Source: Candidatus Fraserbacteria bacterium
Lineage (GTDB): Bacteria > Bipolaricaulota > Bipolaricaulia > RBG-16-55-9
Length of the DNA: 32,871 nucleotides
Direction of reading: 5' to 3'
NCBI GenBank assembly: GCA_037442925.1
Contig: JBBIPG010000020.1
Coordinates: 1 to 32,871 of the forward strand
Shown one piece after another: positions 16,242 to 25,406 of the stretch; the first letter of the stretch is position 1, and every line of letters begins with the position of its first letter. Under the pieces are notes generated by a model, which was given only the letters and a program-made list of their open reading frames with translations, had not been told where the DNA came from and made no database searches. The position numbers and the translations under genes are program-made.

Positions 16242-18578
16242 ATGCTCCTAAGACGCTGGACCGGTGCAATCGTAGATCATCCGTGGCTCACGCTCGTTGC
16301 GATTCTCGTCGTGACGCTCTTTCTCCTCTCGTTCATCCCCCAGATCCGCTTCGAGACGGACTTCAAGAAATTCCTGCCCGCTAGCGATCCGGCAGTGGAA
16401 CGGATGCAGCAAGCCGAAAAGATCTTCGGCTCCCAAGAATTCTTCATGGTGCTGCTCGAGACGCCCGACACGATCTTCAAGATCCCCACAGTTGCCACGA
16501 TTCATGAGATGGAAGGGAAATTCAAGACGCTGCGCGGCGTCGATGATGTGATCGGGCCTACCACGGCCACCGTGATCTCGGCCACCGAGAAGATGCTCGT
16601 CATCGAGTCCGCTGCCGAGATCTTGCCCTCAACACCCGAAGAGCTGGAGCGGTATCGCCGCAAAGTGATGGGAGATCGCAATCTTCGTAGTTACATCTTT
16701 GCCGAGAGCGAAAAGGCCGCCGGGATCTTGCTCAAGCTGAACCCGTATTTGGAAGACACGGCTGCTCTCGTGCGCCAGGTGACGGAGATTGCTGAGTCTT
16801 ATGAGGAGCCGGATCTTAGAATCTACGTCGGCGGTGTGCCTCAGCTGCGCACATCCATCGCCAGCAGCATGCAGGAAGATCTCAAGTTGCTCATGCCCAT
16901 GGTCGTCCTCGTGATGGAGTTTTTCATCCTTCTGGCCTTTCGCACGGGACGTGGGGTAGCCCTGCCCTTCTTGCTCATGACCCTCGCCGTCATCTGGACG
17001 GTGGGGACGATGTCACTCCTAAAATCCCCTATGACGCCCTTCTCGTTCTTTTTGCCCGTCATGCTCATCATCGTCAGCAAGGCTTACGCGATCTACACCG
17101 TCAATCGCTACTACGAAGAGGCCATGCATCAGGGCCTCCTCGCAAAGAAAGAGATCATCCTGAACGCCATGCAGGATATGAGCAAGCCGCTCTCGATGGA
17201 CGCGGTGACAACCATGGCCGGTTTTCTCTCGCTGCTGTCGGCTTCGCTCTGGCCGCAGCGAACCTTTGGGCTGTTCATCGCCATCGGGATCTTCTACACT
17301 CTGGTGCTCAACTTCACACTCCTGCCGGCTGTTCTGGCGCTTCTGCCCATCTCGAAGAAGCAATATGACTATGAGCATGGGTGGATTCCGAATGCGCTGG
17401 TCCGCTTTGGCCGCCTCATCGACCGCCGACGCGGCTGGGTGCTTGCCATGGCAGGAGCGATTCTCATCGCATTTGCGCTTGCGATTCCCCACCTGCGCGT
17501 GGAGACGACGCCCTCGGAGTTCTTGGGCAAGAAGCACCCGGCCATGATCGCCAGCACCGCTCTCGAGCGCCACATGGGAGGCAGCATGCAGCTCTCCATT
17601 CTCGTCGATACCGGAAAGCCCAACGGTCTCCAGGACCCGACCGTGCTCGCCAAGCTCGTCGCCTTGCAGGAGTTTCTCAAAGAACAGCCGGAGTATGGCG
17701 GCAGTGTCACATCCGTCGCCAATATCGTTCGCGAGCTCAATCAGAAATTCCACGCCGATGACCCCAGCTACTATGCCGTTCCGGATGATCGTAGGCTGGT
17801 GGCCCAGCTTCTCACGCTCTTTACGTTCAGCGGAGGGGATCTCGGCACAATGGCCACGCCGGACTTCTCCCGTGGGGAGGTCATCGCTCGCATCAAGCTC
17901 TTAAGCAGCACGCAGATTGCCAGACTCTCGCAGCGGGTCGACGGCTACTTGGCGCAGCGCTCTCAAGGGCCTGAGGCACATCTTGTAGGCGTGGAGCAGG
18001 CGTGGGCCTCGCTGACTACTCGCACCCTGCCTGATACGGCGCGCACCTTGCTTCTGGCTCTGGCGGCGGCTTTTCTCATTGTGGCTCTCTTGCTGCGCTC
18101 GCTGGTTGCGGCTCTGGTAGCCGCTTCACCCATGATCCTCACCATCGTGATGAACTTGGGCACGATGAGCTATCTCGGCCTGCCGCTGGATCTGGCCTCG
18201 CTCATGATCGGTAGCATTGCCGTAGGTGTTGGCATCGATTACACGGTCAATCTCATCATCCGCTGGCGTACCGAAGTGGGGCGGGGCCATAGCCTACAGC
18301 AGGCCCATGAGATCACCATGCGCACCATGGGACGTGGCATACTGTTCAACGCCCTTACTCTCACGGCTGGCTTTGCCATCTTCTATCTGTCCAACTTTCA
18401 GGGGCTACGTAATTTTGGCCTGCTGATCAATTTGACCATGATCTGGTCCTTCCTGGGGTCTTTCACGTTGATCCCAGCTCTGTTGCTCGCTTTAAAACCA
18501 CGCTTCTTGACGGGATATCGCATTCAAATGATGCCGGAGACGGTTGCAGCTCAATCACAGCCTATGGAGGAGGTTTGA
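16242..18578 (+). CDS. MMPL/RND-superfamily transporter (copy 2)
   Basis: 778 aa with the same architecture as copy 1; FETDFKKFLP, YYAVPDDR and SIAVGVGIDYTV. Confidence 0.93.
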   Translation: MLLRRWTGAIVDHPWLTLVAILVVTLFLLSFIPQIRFETDFKKFLPASDPAVERMQQAEKIFGSQEFFMVLLETPDTIFKIPTVATIHEMEGKFKTLRGVDDVIGPTTATVISATEKMLVIESAAEILPSTPEELERYRRKVMGDRNLRSYIFAESEKAAGILLKLNPYLEDTAALVRQVTEIAESYEEPDLRIYVGGVPQLRTSIASSMQEDLKLLMPMVVLVMEFFILLAFRTGRGVALPFLLMTLAVIWTVGTMSLLKSPMTPFSFFLPVMLIIVSKAYAIYTVNRYYEEAMHQGLLAKKEIILNAMQDMSKPLSMDAVTTMAGFLSLLSASLWPQRTFGLFIAIGIFYTLVLNFTLLPAVLALLPISKKQYDYEHGWIPNALVRFGRLIDRRRGWVLAMAGAILIAFALAIPHLRVETTPSEFLGKKHPAMIASTALERHMGGSMQLSILVDTGKPNGLQDPTVLAKLVALQEFLKEQPEYGGSVTSVANIVRELNQKFHADDPSYYAVPDDRRLVAQLLTLFTFSGGDLGTMATPDFSRGEVIARIKLLSSTQIARLSQRVDGYLAQRSQGPEAHLVGVEQAWASLTTRTLPDTARTLLLALAAAFLIVALLLRSLVAALVAASPMILTIVMNLGTMSYLGLPLDLASLMIGSIAVGVGIDYTVNLIIRWRTEVGRGHSLQQAHEITMRTMGRGILFNALTLTAGFAIFYLSNFQGLRNFGLLINLTMIWSFLGSFTLIPALLLALKPRFLTGYRIQMMPETVAAQSQPMEEV

Positions 18579-18584
18579 TACATA

Positions 18585-19511
18585 ATGAAGCGAATCTTCA
18601 GAATCACATTCACGGCTTTGAGTCTTTTGCTCGTAGACTTGGTACTCTCATTGAACCCGGCCGACTTGCAAGCGCAACCCTTGACCGGACAGCAAATTCT
18701 AGAACGAGTCGATGCCCGCGGAGGAATCGGCGGCATCGGCAGCCAGGTAGCCTTCACGACGTTCACCATCATCGACAAGACCGGCGCGCAACAGGACAAA
18801 TACTTCGTCTTCTTCACCAAGAACTCGGCTGACCCACAAGTGCCCAATCGCGTGCTCATCTACTTTCTGGCCCCTCCCGTGGAGACGTGCGGCACGATCT
18901 TCCTCACCATTGACAGAAAAGTCCCCGGCGAGAAGTCGGATCTCTACCTCTACCTGCCAGCACTGGGACAGGTCAAGCAGCTGATCGCGAGCGGGGAGCG
19001 CAAAGGGAGCTTTGCCGGTTCGAACATCCAATTTGACCAGATCGGACGCAGTGAGCTTCATAACGACTTCGATGCCGAGTTGATCAACGAAGAGCCGGTC
19101 ACAGGTCTCACCGTCAACGGTGAGAAGCAGGATCGCCCAGCCTACGTGCTGCACCTTACGGCCAATCCGACAAACAATCTCGACGACAGCTTCCCGGATC
19201 GTATCATCTGGGTGGACGAGCAAGAATTCTTGGTTCTTAGATCCGAGAACACCAACACGGTAGGCAAACTGCAAGACGTCTTCACCGTAGACAATCTCGT
19301 GACGTTTAGAGATCGCTTGGAGGCGAACACGATCACGGTAAAGAACATACTGGATAACAGTTCGACCACGGTGACCATCACGGATCGCGAAGATATCGGA
19401 GAATTACCCGACAGCATCTTCGTGCCGGAGAATCTGCCGCAGTTTGACCCGAGACAGTTCAATGATAAGCTGCAAGTGAAGGTGCCGGACCCGGTCTGTC
19501 CCCGAGCGTGA
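18585..19511 (+). CDS. LolA-like outer-membrane lipoprotein-sorting family protein (copy 2)
   Basis: Signal peptide; LTGQQILERVD, LYLYLPALGQVKQL, GSFAGSNIQFDQ and LPDSIF; SD GGAGG. Confidence 0.85.
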   Translation: MKRIFRITFTALSLLLVDLVLSLNPADLQAQPLTGQQILERVDARGGIGGIGSQVAFTTFTIIDKTGAQQDKYFVFFTKNSADPQVPNRVLIYFLAPPVETCGTIFLTIDRKVPGEKSDLYLYLPALGQVKQLIASGERKGSFAGSNIQFDQIGRSELHNDFDAELINEEPVTGLTVNGEKQDRPAYVLHLTANPTNNLDDSFPDRIIWVDEQEFLVLRSENTNTVGKLQDVFTVDNLVTFRDRLEANTITVKNILDNSSTTVTITDREDIGELPDSIFVPENLPQFDPRQFNDKLQVKVPDPVCPRA

Positions 19512-19527
19512 AGCGTCTGATGAGAGA

Positions 19528-20628
19528 ATGACCGAGATCAAACGCTTATGTGAACACTGGCAGGACGAGGGCGAGTCGGCCTTTCTCTATCGGGTACTGG
19601 CTGAGCTAGAGCCGGACGAGCGACGCCGCAAGCTATATGTGCGTCTGGCCGATGTCGAGATCCAGCATCAAGAAGCGTTCGCCAAACTCCTCAGCGAGAA
19701 AGGCGTGCGCCTGGGAACGTTTCGGCCCCGCCTGCGGACGCGCATGCTGGCCTGGATGGCCCGTCGTGGTGCCGCTTCGACCGTACTCAATTTGCGCATC
19801 ACCGACGAAGCCCGAGAAGTAAAAGACTACCTGCGTGAGGGCCCATCAGGACGCACAGGGCCGACGGCAGAGCTGGCAGGCCAAATCGCTCGCGATGAGG
19901 CGCGCCACGCGGAACTATTGATGGAGTTGGCGGGCCGACGCAGTGAGCCTTGGCATCAGATGGAGTCGGGTGGCCTTCTGCGCAATGTCGTTTATGGCTT
20001 CAACGACGGGCTTACGGCCAATTTTGGCTTGGTGATGGGCGTGCTGGGTGCGGAAGTACCCCATGCATTCCTTCTGCTCTCGGGTCTGGCAGGCTTAGTT
20101 GCCGATGCGCTCTCGATGGGCAGCAGCGGGTATCTGGCTGCCAAGAGCGAGCGCGAAGTCTATGAGCACGAGATCGCCCTCGAACGCGAAGAACTCAGAC
20201 TCATGCCGGAGATCGAAGCGGAGGAGTTGGCGCTGCTCTACGAAGCCAAAGGGATGCCTGAGGAAGCCGCACGACAAGCGGCAGCTCAAGTGATGGCGAA
20301 CCCTGAGATCGCACTCCAAGAGAAGGCCCGTGAAGAACTTGGGATCGCAAGCGAGCTGGGCTCTCCGTTGCGCGAGGGGCTACTGACGGGCACGGCCACG
20401 GCCTTTGGGGCTTTGATCCCCGTGTTGCCTTTTCTTTTCGGGAGTGGCCCAATTGCGATGTGGATGTCGTTTTCGATCAGCATGTTCTCGCACTTTGCCG
20501 TGGGCGCAGCGCGCAGTCTCTTCACCGGGCGCGGGGTCCTCCGCAGCGGACTTGATATGTTCCTGGTAGGGCTAGGAGTAGCTATCGTGGGGTATCTGGT
20601 CGGCGCATTGATCACGGGGCATTTGTAG
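19528..20628 (+). CDS. Rubrerythrin/ferritin-like domain fused to a VIT1/CCC1 Fe/Mn transporter
   Basis: N-terminal E...ExxH pairs (VEIQH, DEARH); LRNVVYGFNDGL, LSMGSSGYLA and FGALIPVLPF VIT1 motifs. Confidence 0.92.
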   Translation: MTEIKRLCEHWQDEGESAFLYRVLAELEPDERRRKLYVRLADVEIQHQEAFAKLLSEKGVRLGTFRPRLRTRMLAWMARRGAASTVLNLRITDEAREVKDYLREGPSGRTGPTAELAGQIARDEARHAELLMELAGRRSEPWHQMESGGLLRNVVYGFNDGLTANFGLVMGVLGAEVPHAFLLLSGLAGLVADALSMGSSGYLAAKSEREVYEHEIALEREELRLMPEIEAEELALLYEAKGMPEEAARQAAAQVMANPEIALQEKAREELGIASELGSPLREGLLTGTATAFGALIPVLPFLFGSGPIAMWMSFSISMFSHFAVGAARSLFTGRGVLRSGLDMFLVGLGVAIVGYLVGALITGHL

Positions 20629-20689
20629 GTTCAGTGCGATAAGTTCTACAATCTCGATTTGATTCATCGCAGCTCTAGGGGTCGTGCTT

Positions 20690-20695
20690 TATAAT
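20690..20695 (+). promoter_or_regulatory. Possible -10 element for the copper gene block
   Basis: Perfect TATAAT in an AT-richer intergenic gap; no convincing -35 at 17 bp. Confidence 0.35.
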
Positions 20696-20742
20696 CAATG
20701 AAGTGTGAAAGCTCAACTGCATGAGATGAAACACTAAGGGAG

Positions 20743-21363
20743 ATGAGAATTATGAGAAAACACACAGAACTTCGCCTTGAGGCGTGGACAGTGATCGTCG
20801 CTGTCCTCCTGGTCGGTTTGATCGGCTTCATGTTATCGCGTATGGGTGGCATGAGCCCGATGGCCACGAATCAGCAGCAGATGATGAGGCAGTTCATGGA
20901 CGGGATCGACAAGGCTCGAGGACAAGTGGACACGGCGCTCACTCATGCCGATGAGGCGCTGAAAGCAGCCGATGTATCCACTGTGCAAAAGCACGTTGGA
21001 TTCGCTATGGATGCTCTGGCAGGCCAGGGCGGTGCGAAGAGGCAGATGCAAATGATGCAAGACATGATGGCAGGTCCAATGATGTCCATGGCGATGCAAG
21101 GCATGGCAGGGATGTCGATGGAACACCATTCGGACATGATGGCAGCCATGCAAGCTGTCCAATCGAACATGACGAACGCCCTCGAACACTTCAAGGAATC
21201 TCTAATGGCAGAGACAAGAGAGATGGCTCAAGAACACGTGCGATTGGCAAAGGAGCAACTGCAGGCTGCGAAGGGCAGCTCAAGCAGCAATGACCCAAAG
21301 AGTGGAGGCCTCACCTACATGAAAGAACTTATAGCTCAGATGATGGGACAGATGAAGCACTAG
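20743..21363 (+). CDS. Met/His-rich membrane-anchored helical protein, putative Cu(I)/Ag(I) binder
   Basis: One TM helix; about 30 Met in 206 aa; repeated AL.H...L.A......Q.HV helices. Confidence 0.75.
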   Translation: MRIMRKHTELRLEAWTVIVAVLLVGLIGFMLSRMGGMSPMATNQQQMMRQFMDGIDKARGQVDTALTHADEALKAADVSTVQKHVGFAMDALAGQGGAKRQMQMMQDMMAGPMMSMAMQGMAGMSMEHHSDMMAAMQAVQSNMTNALEHFKESLMAETREMAQEHVRLAKEQLQAAKGSSSSNDPKSGGLTYMKELIAQMMGQMKH

Positions 21364-21388
21364 ATCACCACAGACAGAGCGAGTAGGG

Positions 21389-21571
21389 TTGGCCGAGCAG
21401 CTGCGGTTTGGCACGTGTAGAGGATTGGCTCGATACATCAGCATCCACTGGATGTTCTTGTCGTTCTATATTGGCATGGTGGTGCTCTTCTTGCTGCTGC
21501 TTCTGCATGAGTTGGGCGTGATCTTGTGGTTCCACGATCTTCTCGGAGTACCCTTACCGCCGGGAACTTGA
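21389..21571 (+). CDS. Small hydrophobic hypothetical protein
   Basis: Fills the gap on the operon strand; one TM stretch followed by HELG..WFHD; start uncertain. Confidence 0.45.
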   Translation: MAEQLRFGTCRGLARYISIHWMFLSFYIGMVVLFLLLLLHELGVILWFHDLLGVPLPPGT

Positions 21572-21611
21572 GATAACATCAGATGCTTTAAGCGAAAGGG
21601 AGGTACACAAT

Positions 21612-22001
21612 ATGACACAGGGACAATCGCCAATGGAACAGAAACCCACGGCAGCGTTCGTGCTCTCGCTTCTGGCAGGCCTTTGGATGTTGGCAACGGG
21701 AGCGATGATGTACGGCTTCAATTGGGGAGAGAGGGAAGATTGGGGTATGGGTGGCTGGATGTGGGGCCACGGTATGATGAGTTTCGGTTACTGGTGGCCT
21801 TGGTTTGGCCTCGTCGCGGGAATCGTTGTGCTCATCGGTGCAGCGATGCTTTACAGCAAACCGGCGCAGAGTCCAACGTGGGGCATTGTCATCTTGATCG
21901 CTTCGGCGCTCAACTTTTTCTTCGGCATGGGAGGATTCTTGGCGGGTGTGCTTGGTGTAATCGGCGGAGCGCTCGCCCTCTCGTGGAAGCGACAGTCGTA
22001 A
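21612..22001 (+). CDS. Small four-TM membrane protein with a Met/Gly/Trp-rich loop
   Basis: KPTAAFVLSLLAG, GMGGWMWGHGMM loop and GFLAGVLGVIGGALAL; SD GGGAGG. Confidence 0.8.
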   Translation: MTQGQSPMEQKPTAAFVLSLLAGLWMLATGAMMYGFNWGEREDWGMGGWMWGHGMMSFGYWWPWFGLVAGIVVLIGAAMLYSKPAQSPTWGIVILIASALNFFFGMGGFLAGVLGVIGGALALSWKRQS

Positions 22002-22014
22002 CTGAAGGAGAACG

Positions 22015-23010
22015 ATGAAAACAAACAAGAGAGTGATCATTGGAGTTCTGAGCTTAGTGGTCATCGGGATGGCAGTCGTAGGGCTGAATCTTTTCCTCAA
22101 GAAGCCCAGTCCACAAGATGCTCAAGGTCAAGAACTAAGAGAATTCAATCTGGTAGCCAAAGAGGTCAACTGGGAATTGGCGCCAGGTAAAACGATCAGA
22201 GCCTGGGCCTACAATGGCCAAGTGCCGGGACCCGAGCTGCGTGTAAAAGAAGGTGACAAAGTTCGGGTGACCTTCAAGAATGAGTTACCCGTAGCGACGG
22301 CCATCCACTGGCATGGGGTGGATGTGCCCAACGCTATGGACGGCGTGCCGGGCGTCACACAAGAAGCCGTGAAGCCCGGTGAGACGTTTGTGTATGTATT
22401 CATCGCCAAGCCGGCGGGTACGCACTTCTATCACACGCACGGTTCCGGTGCGGGCGATGAAGCCACGCAGATGGACAGAGGGCTTTCAGGTCCCTTCATA
22501 ATCGAATCACGCCAAGAGAAGCCGCAATTTGATCGCGAGTACACTGTGATCTTGGACGATTGGATTGTGCCTGGTCCAGAGATGGAAGAAGCCGCTCCCA
22601 GCTCACCCCACGATGCTCACGGGAGTCCCACTCAACCATCACAGGAAGAGATGGGTCCAGGGGAGATCATGGAGGCGTACAACACTTTCACGATCAACGG
22701 CAAAGCATTTCCGGCTACGCAGCCACTCACTGTAAAGCAGGGCGAGCGGGTTCGGTTGAGGCTCATCAACATCAGCAGCATGAGCTTCCATCCTATGCAC
22801 TTGCACGGGCACCAATTCAAAGTCGTAGCCACAGACGGCAATCCCGTACCCGAAGCAGCGCAGCTGACGAAGAACGCGATCACCGTGATGCCGGGAGAGA
22901 GCTATGACATCGAGTTCATAGCGAATAACCCTGGCACATGGCTTTTTCACTGCCATGAACTACATCACGCGGATCTGGGCATGGTGACAGTGGTAAAGTA
23001 CGAGCAGTAA
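22015..23010 (+). CDS. Two-domain multicopper oxidase (type-1 Cu site in domain 2)
   Basis: AIHWHG, THFYHTH, FHPMHLHGH and WLFHCHELHHADLGM; 331 aa; N-terminal membrane anchor. Confidence 0.93.
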   Translation: MKTNKRVIIGVLSLVVIGMAVVGLNLFLKKPSPQDAQGQELREFNLVAKEVNWELAPGKTIRAWAYNGQVPGPELRVKEGDKVRVTFKNELPVATAIHWHGVDVPNAMDGVPGVTQEAVKPGETFVYVFIAKPAGTHFYHTHGSGAGDEATQMDRGLSGPFIIESRQEKPQFDREYTVILDDWIVPGPEMEEAAPSSPHDAHGSPTQPSQEEMGPGEIMEAYNTFTINGKAFPATQPLTVKQGERVRLRLINISSMSFHPMHLHGHQFKVVATDGNPVPEAAQLTKNAITVMPGESYDIEFIANNPGTWLFHCHELHHADLGMVTVVKYEQ

Positions 23011-23014
23011 AAGA

Positions 23015-23099
23015 ATCTGTCAACGGATCGTAAACGGATTAGCGGATTTCTGGCCTGATGCGCGATCCGTTAATCCGTTCTCTTCATCCGTTGACAGAT
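23015..23099. repeat. Miniature palindromic element built from (A)CGGAT/ATCCG(T) units
   Basis: ATCTGTCAACGGAT (23015-23028) and ATCCGTTGACAGAT (23086-23099) perfect 14-bp arms; inner AACGGATTA/TAATCCGTT and CGGAT/ATCCG. Confidence 0.85.
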
Positions 23100-25124
23100 C
23101 TTGCTAACGCGATCTTTATGACTGACGAACGAGAGCAGCCTATTTGGCGGCGTCGCGAGGTGCTATTCACCGGCATCGCCGGCGTTTTGTTAGCATTTGG
23201 TCTACTACTTTCTTTCGCTCGTGTCGATCCACCCTTGACTCTCATTCTCGGCCGTTCCATTTCAGCCTCCACGCTCGTATATCTGATTTCGGTCCTGTTC
23301 GGCGCAAGCCACTTCGCCCGCAAGGGGCTTCAGGCCATCCGCACCTTTTCCCTTGGCATCAACTTCCTCATGAGCCTTGCTGTCGTAGGGGCCATCGCGA
23401 TTGGTGAATACGTGGAGGCCGCCAGTCTTGCGTTTCTCTTCTCTCTAGCGGAGTTGCTCGAAGAGTATTCCGTAGACCGCGCTCGTAATTCGCTTCGCGA
23501 GCTGATGAAACTGGCTCCCAATGAGGCCCGTGTCAAGCGCAACGGGCGCGAGCTCATGTTATCTGTGGAGCAGATTGCGATCGGCGAGATCATTACCGTG
23601 AAGCCGGGGGAGCGCATCGCGCTCGATGGTGAAGTCATCTCTGGGTACTCAGCCATCAATCAAGCGCCCATCACAGGCGAGTCGGTCCCCATTGAGAAGC
23701 AAGCAGGTGATGTCGTCTTTGCTGGCACGATCAACCAAGAGGGATATTTAGAAATCAAAGTCACCAAGCGAGCTCAAGATACGACGCTCGCCAGGATCAT
23801 TCACCTGGTTGAAGAAGCCGAATCGCAGAAGGCCCCCTCGGAGCGATTCGTAGATCGTTTTGCCAAATACTACACGCCGAGCGTTGTGGTCACAGCCATG
23901 GGGGTTGCGACCATCCCGTCACTCTTCTTCGCTGCGCCTTTTACCGACTGGTTTATTCGCGCTCTTTCGTTACTCGTCATCGCTTGCCCCTGCGCGTTGC
24001 TGATCTCAACACCGGTCTCGATCGTCTCCGCGATCACGGCCGCTGCACGTCAAGGCGTGTTGATTAAAGGAGGCATCCACCTCGAAGAGATGGGACAGGT
24101 TCGGGCAATCGCTCTCGATAAGACCGGAACGCTTACCACGGGGGAACTCGAAGTAACAGATGTGATCCCACTCAACGGCTATTCTGCAGATGAGGTGCTC
24201 CAGATCGCCGCAGCTTTAGAGAGTCTGAGCCAGCATCCGATCGCTCAAGCCATTGTCAAACATCAAGAAAATAGCGCCAGCGGGTGGGCGCGACTGGAAC
24301 CAAGAGATTTCCAATCCATCACGGGCAAGGGTGTGCAAGCCCAGCTTGATGGTCAGAGCTATCTCGTGGGTAAACCGGAGTTGTTTGCCGGACCTCACCC
24401 CCAACCTCTCGCCCACCCGGAGAGGGGTGCCGGAGGCGGGGTGAGGTCATTCAAGGAGAGACTGGCCCACCTAGAATCTGAAGCCAAGACGGTCGTACTC
24501 GTAGGCACAGGGGATCGCTTGATGGGTCTAATCGCCGTGGCCGATCGCATCCGTCCGGAAGCGAAGCAGACCGTGAGCGCGCTCAAGCGGCTCGGTATGG
24601 AGGTCGTCATGATCACAGGAGACAACGAGGGCACAGCCAAGGCCGTAGCTCAGCAGCTGGGCATTGAGCACTACCACGCTGGGGTGTTGCCGGAACAGAA
24701 GGTTCATGAGATCGAGCATCTTCGCAGCAAGTATGGCAGTGTGGCGATGGTGGGCGACGGCGTGAACGACGCGCCTGCTTTGGCTGCTTCCAGCGTGGGG
24801 ATCGCCATGGGCGCGATTGGCACCGACGCTGCTCTAGAGACGGCCGACGTCGCGTTGATGGCGGACGACCTGAACAGGCTGCCGTATCTCGTCGAACTGA
24901 GCCGCAAGGCACGGGGAGTCATCCGACAGAACATTTGGTTCTCGATCCTCATAAAGTTCAGCTTGGGTGTGGGTGTCTTCCCCGGCTTCGTGACGCTGGT
25001 GCTGGCTGTGCTCGTGGGCGACATGGGTGCGTCGCTTGCAGTCACGGGCAATGCGCTGCGCTTGGCGCAAGTTCGCAGCCAACCGCTGAAGATCTCATCC
25101 CTGCATGAACGTGGAGGCGCTTGA
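23058..25124 (+). CDS. cadA: P1B-2 (Zn/Cd/Pb) heavy-metal ATPase lacking an N-terminal metal-binding domain
   Basis: ITGES, IACPCAL, DKTGT, SQHP and GDGVNDAPALA; TM7 Lys (NIWFSILIK); TM8 DMGASLAVTGNALRL; true start may be ATG 23118. Confidence 0.92.
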   Translation: MRDPLIRSLHPLTDLANAIFMTDEREQPIWRRREVLFTGIAGVLLAFGLLLSFARVDPPLTLILGRSISASTLVYLISVLFGASHFARKGLQAIRTFSLGINFLMSLAVVGAIAIGEYVEAASLAFLFSLAELLEEYSVDRARNSLRELMKLAPNEARVKRNGRELMLSVEQIAIGEIITVKPGERIALDGEVISGYSAINQAPITGESVPIEKQAGDVVFAGTINQEGYLEIKVTKRAQDTTLARIIHLVEEAESQKAPSERFVDRFAKYYTPSVVVTAMGVATIPSLFFAAPFTDWFIRALSLLVIACPCALLISTPVSIVSAITAAARQGVLIKGGIHLEEMGQVRAIALDKTGTLTTGELEVTDVIPLNGYSADEVLQIAAALESLSQHPIAQAIVKHQENSASGWARLEPRDFQSITGKGVQAQLDGQSYLVGKPELFAGPHPQPLAHPERGAGGGVRSFKERLAHLESEAKTVVLVGTGDRLMGLIAVADRIRPEAKQTVSALKRLGMEVVMITGDNEGTAKAVAQQLGIEHYHAGVLPEQKVHEIEHLRSKYGSVAMVGDGVNDAPALAASSVGIAMGAIGTDAALETADVALMADDLNRLPYLVELSRKARGVIRQNIWFSILIKFSLGVGVFPGFVTLVLAVLVGDMGASLAVTGNALRLAQVRSQPLKISSLHERGGA
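24391..24448. repeat. Palindromic element inserted in frame within the ATPase N-domain
   Basis: GACCTCACCCC/GGGGTGAGGTC 11-bp arms with inner CCTCTC/GAGAGG; translates as GPHPQPLAHPERGAGGGVRS. Confidence 0.8.
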
Positions 25125-25150
25125 CACGCTAGGCATGCGGAAAGTACATT
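25121..25150 (+). promoter_or_regulatory. Sigma70-type promoter overlapping the cadA stop codon
   Basis: TTGACA (25121-25126), 18-bp spacer, TACATT (25145-25150). Confidence 0.55.
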
Positions 25151-25169
25151 ACAGCAAGGAGCCCGTACG

Positions 25170-25406
25170 ATGAAACTCAGTAGCGGCTTGATACGGTCAC
25201 TTGTAGCGGTAACGCTCGGTGTAGTTGCGCTCACGATATGTCCCAATGATTTCTCGTCGCTTGCGGGATGCGGGATCGGTCTCCTTCAAGCCTTACCTGA
25301 GCTTCTATCCACTCACCCTATGTGGAGCTTCACTGTTTCTCTTGTTGTCATGCTCCCCCAAACAGAGGCCACTCCCCTCGACAGACCTCCACGCATCTTC
25401 GTCTGA
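25170..25406 (+). CDS. Small exported Cys-containing ORF ending LDRPPR, candidate regulatory leader peptide
   Basis: SD AAGGAG; signal-like N-terminus; C-x9-C; C-terminal TPLDRPPRIFV. Confidence 0.65.
   Translation: MKLSSGLIRSLVAVTLGVVALTICPNDFSSLAGCGIGLLQALPELLSTHPMWSFTVSLVVMLPQTEATPLDRPPRIFV

Noticed and set aside
22015..23010. Copper nitrite reductase NirK
   Set aside because: The type-1 site is in domain 2 and the full trinuclear His set is present, which fits a two-domain MCO
23015..23099. CRISPR-like repeats
   Set aside because: The units are 5-9 bp and inverted, with no spacers or cas genes
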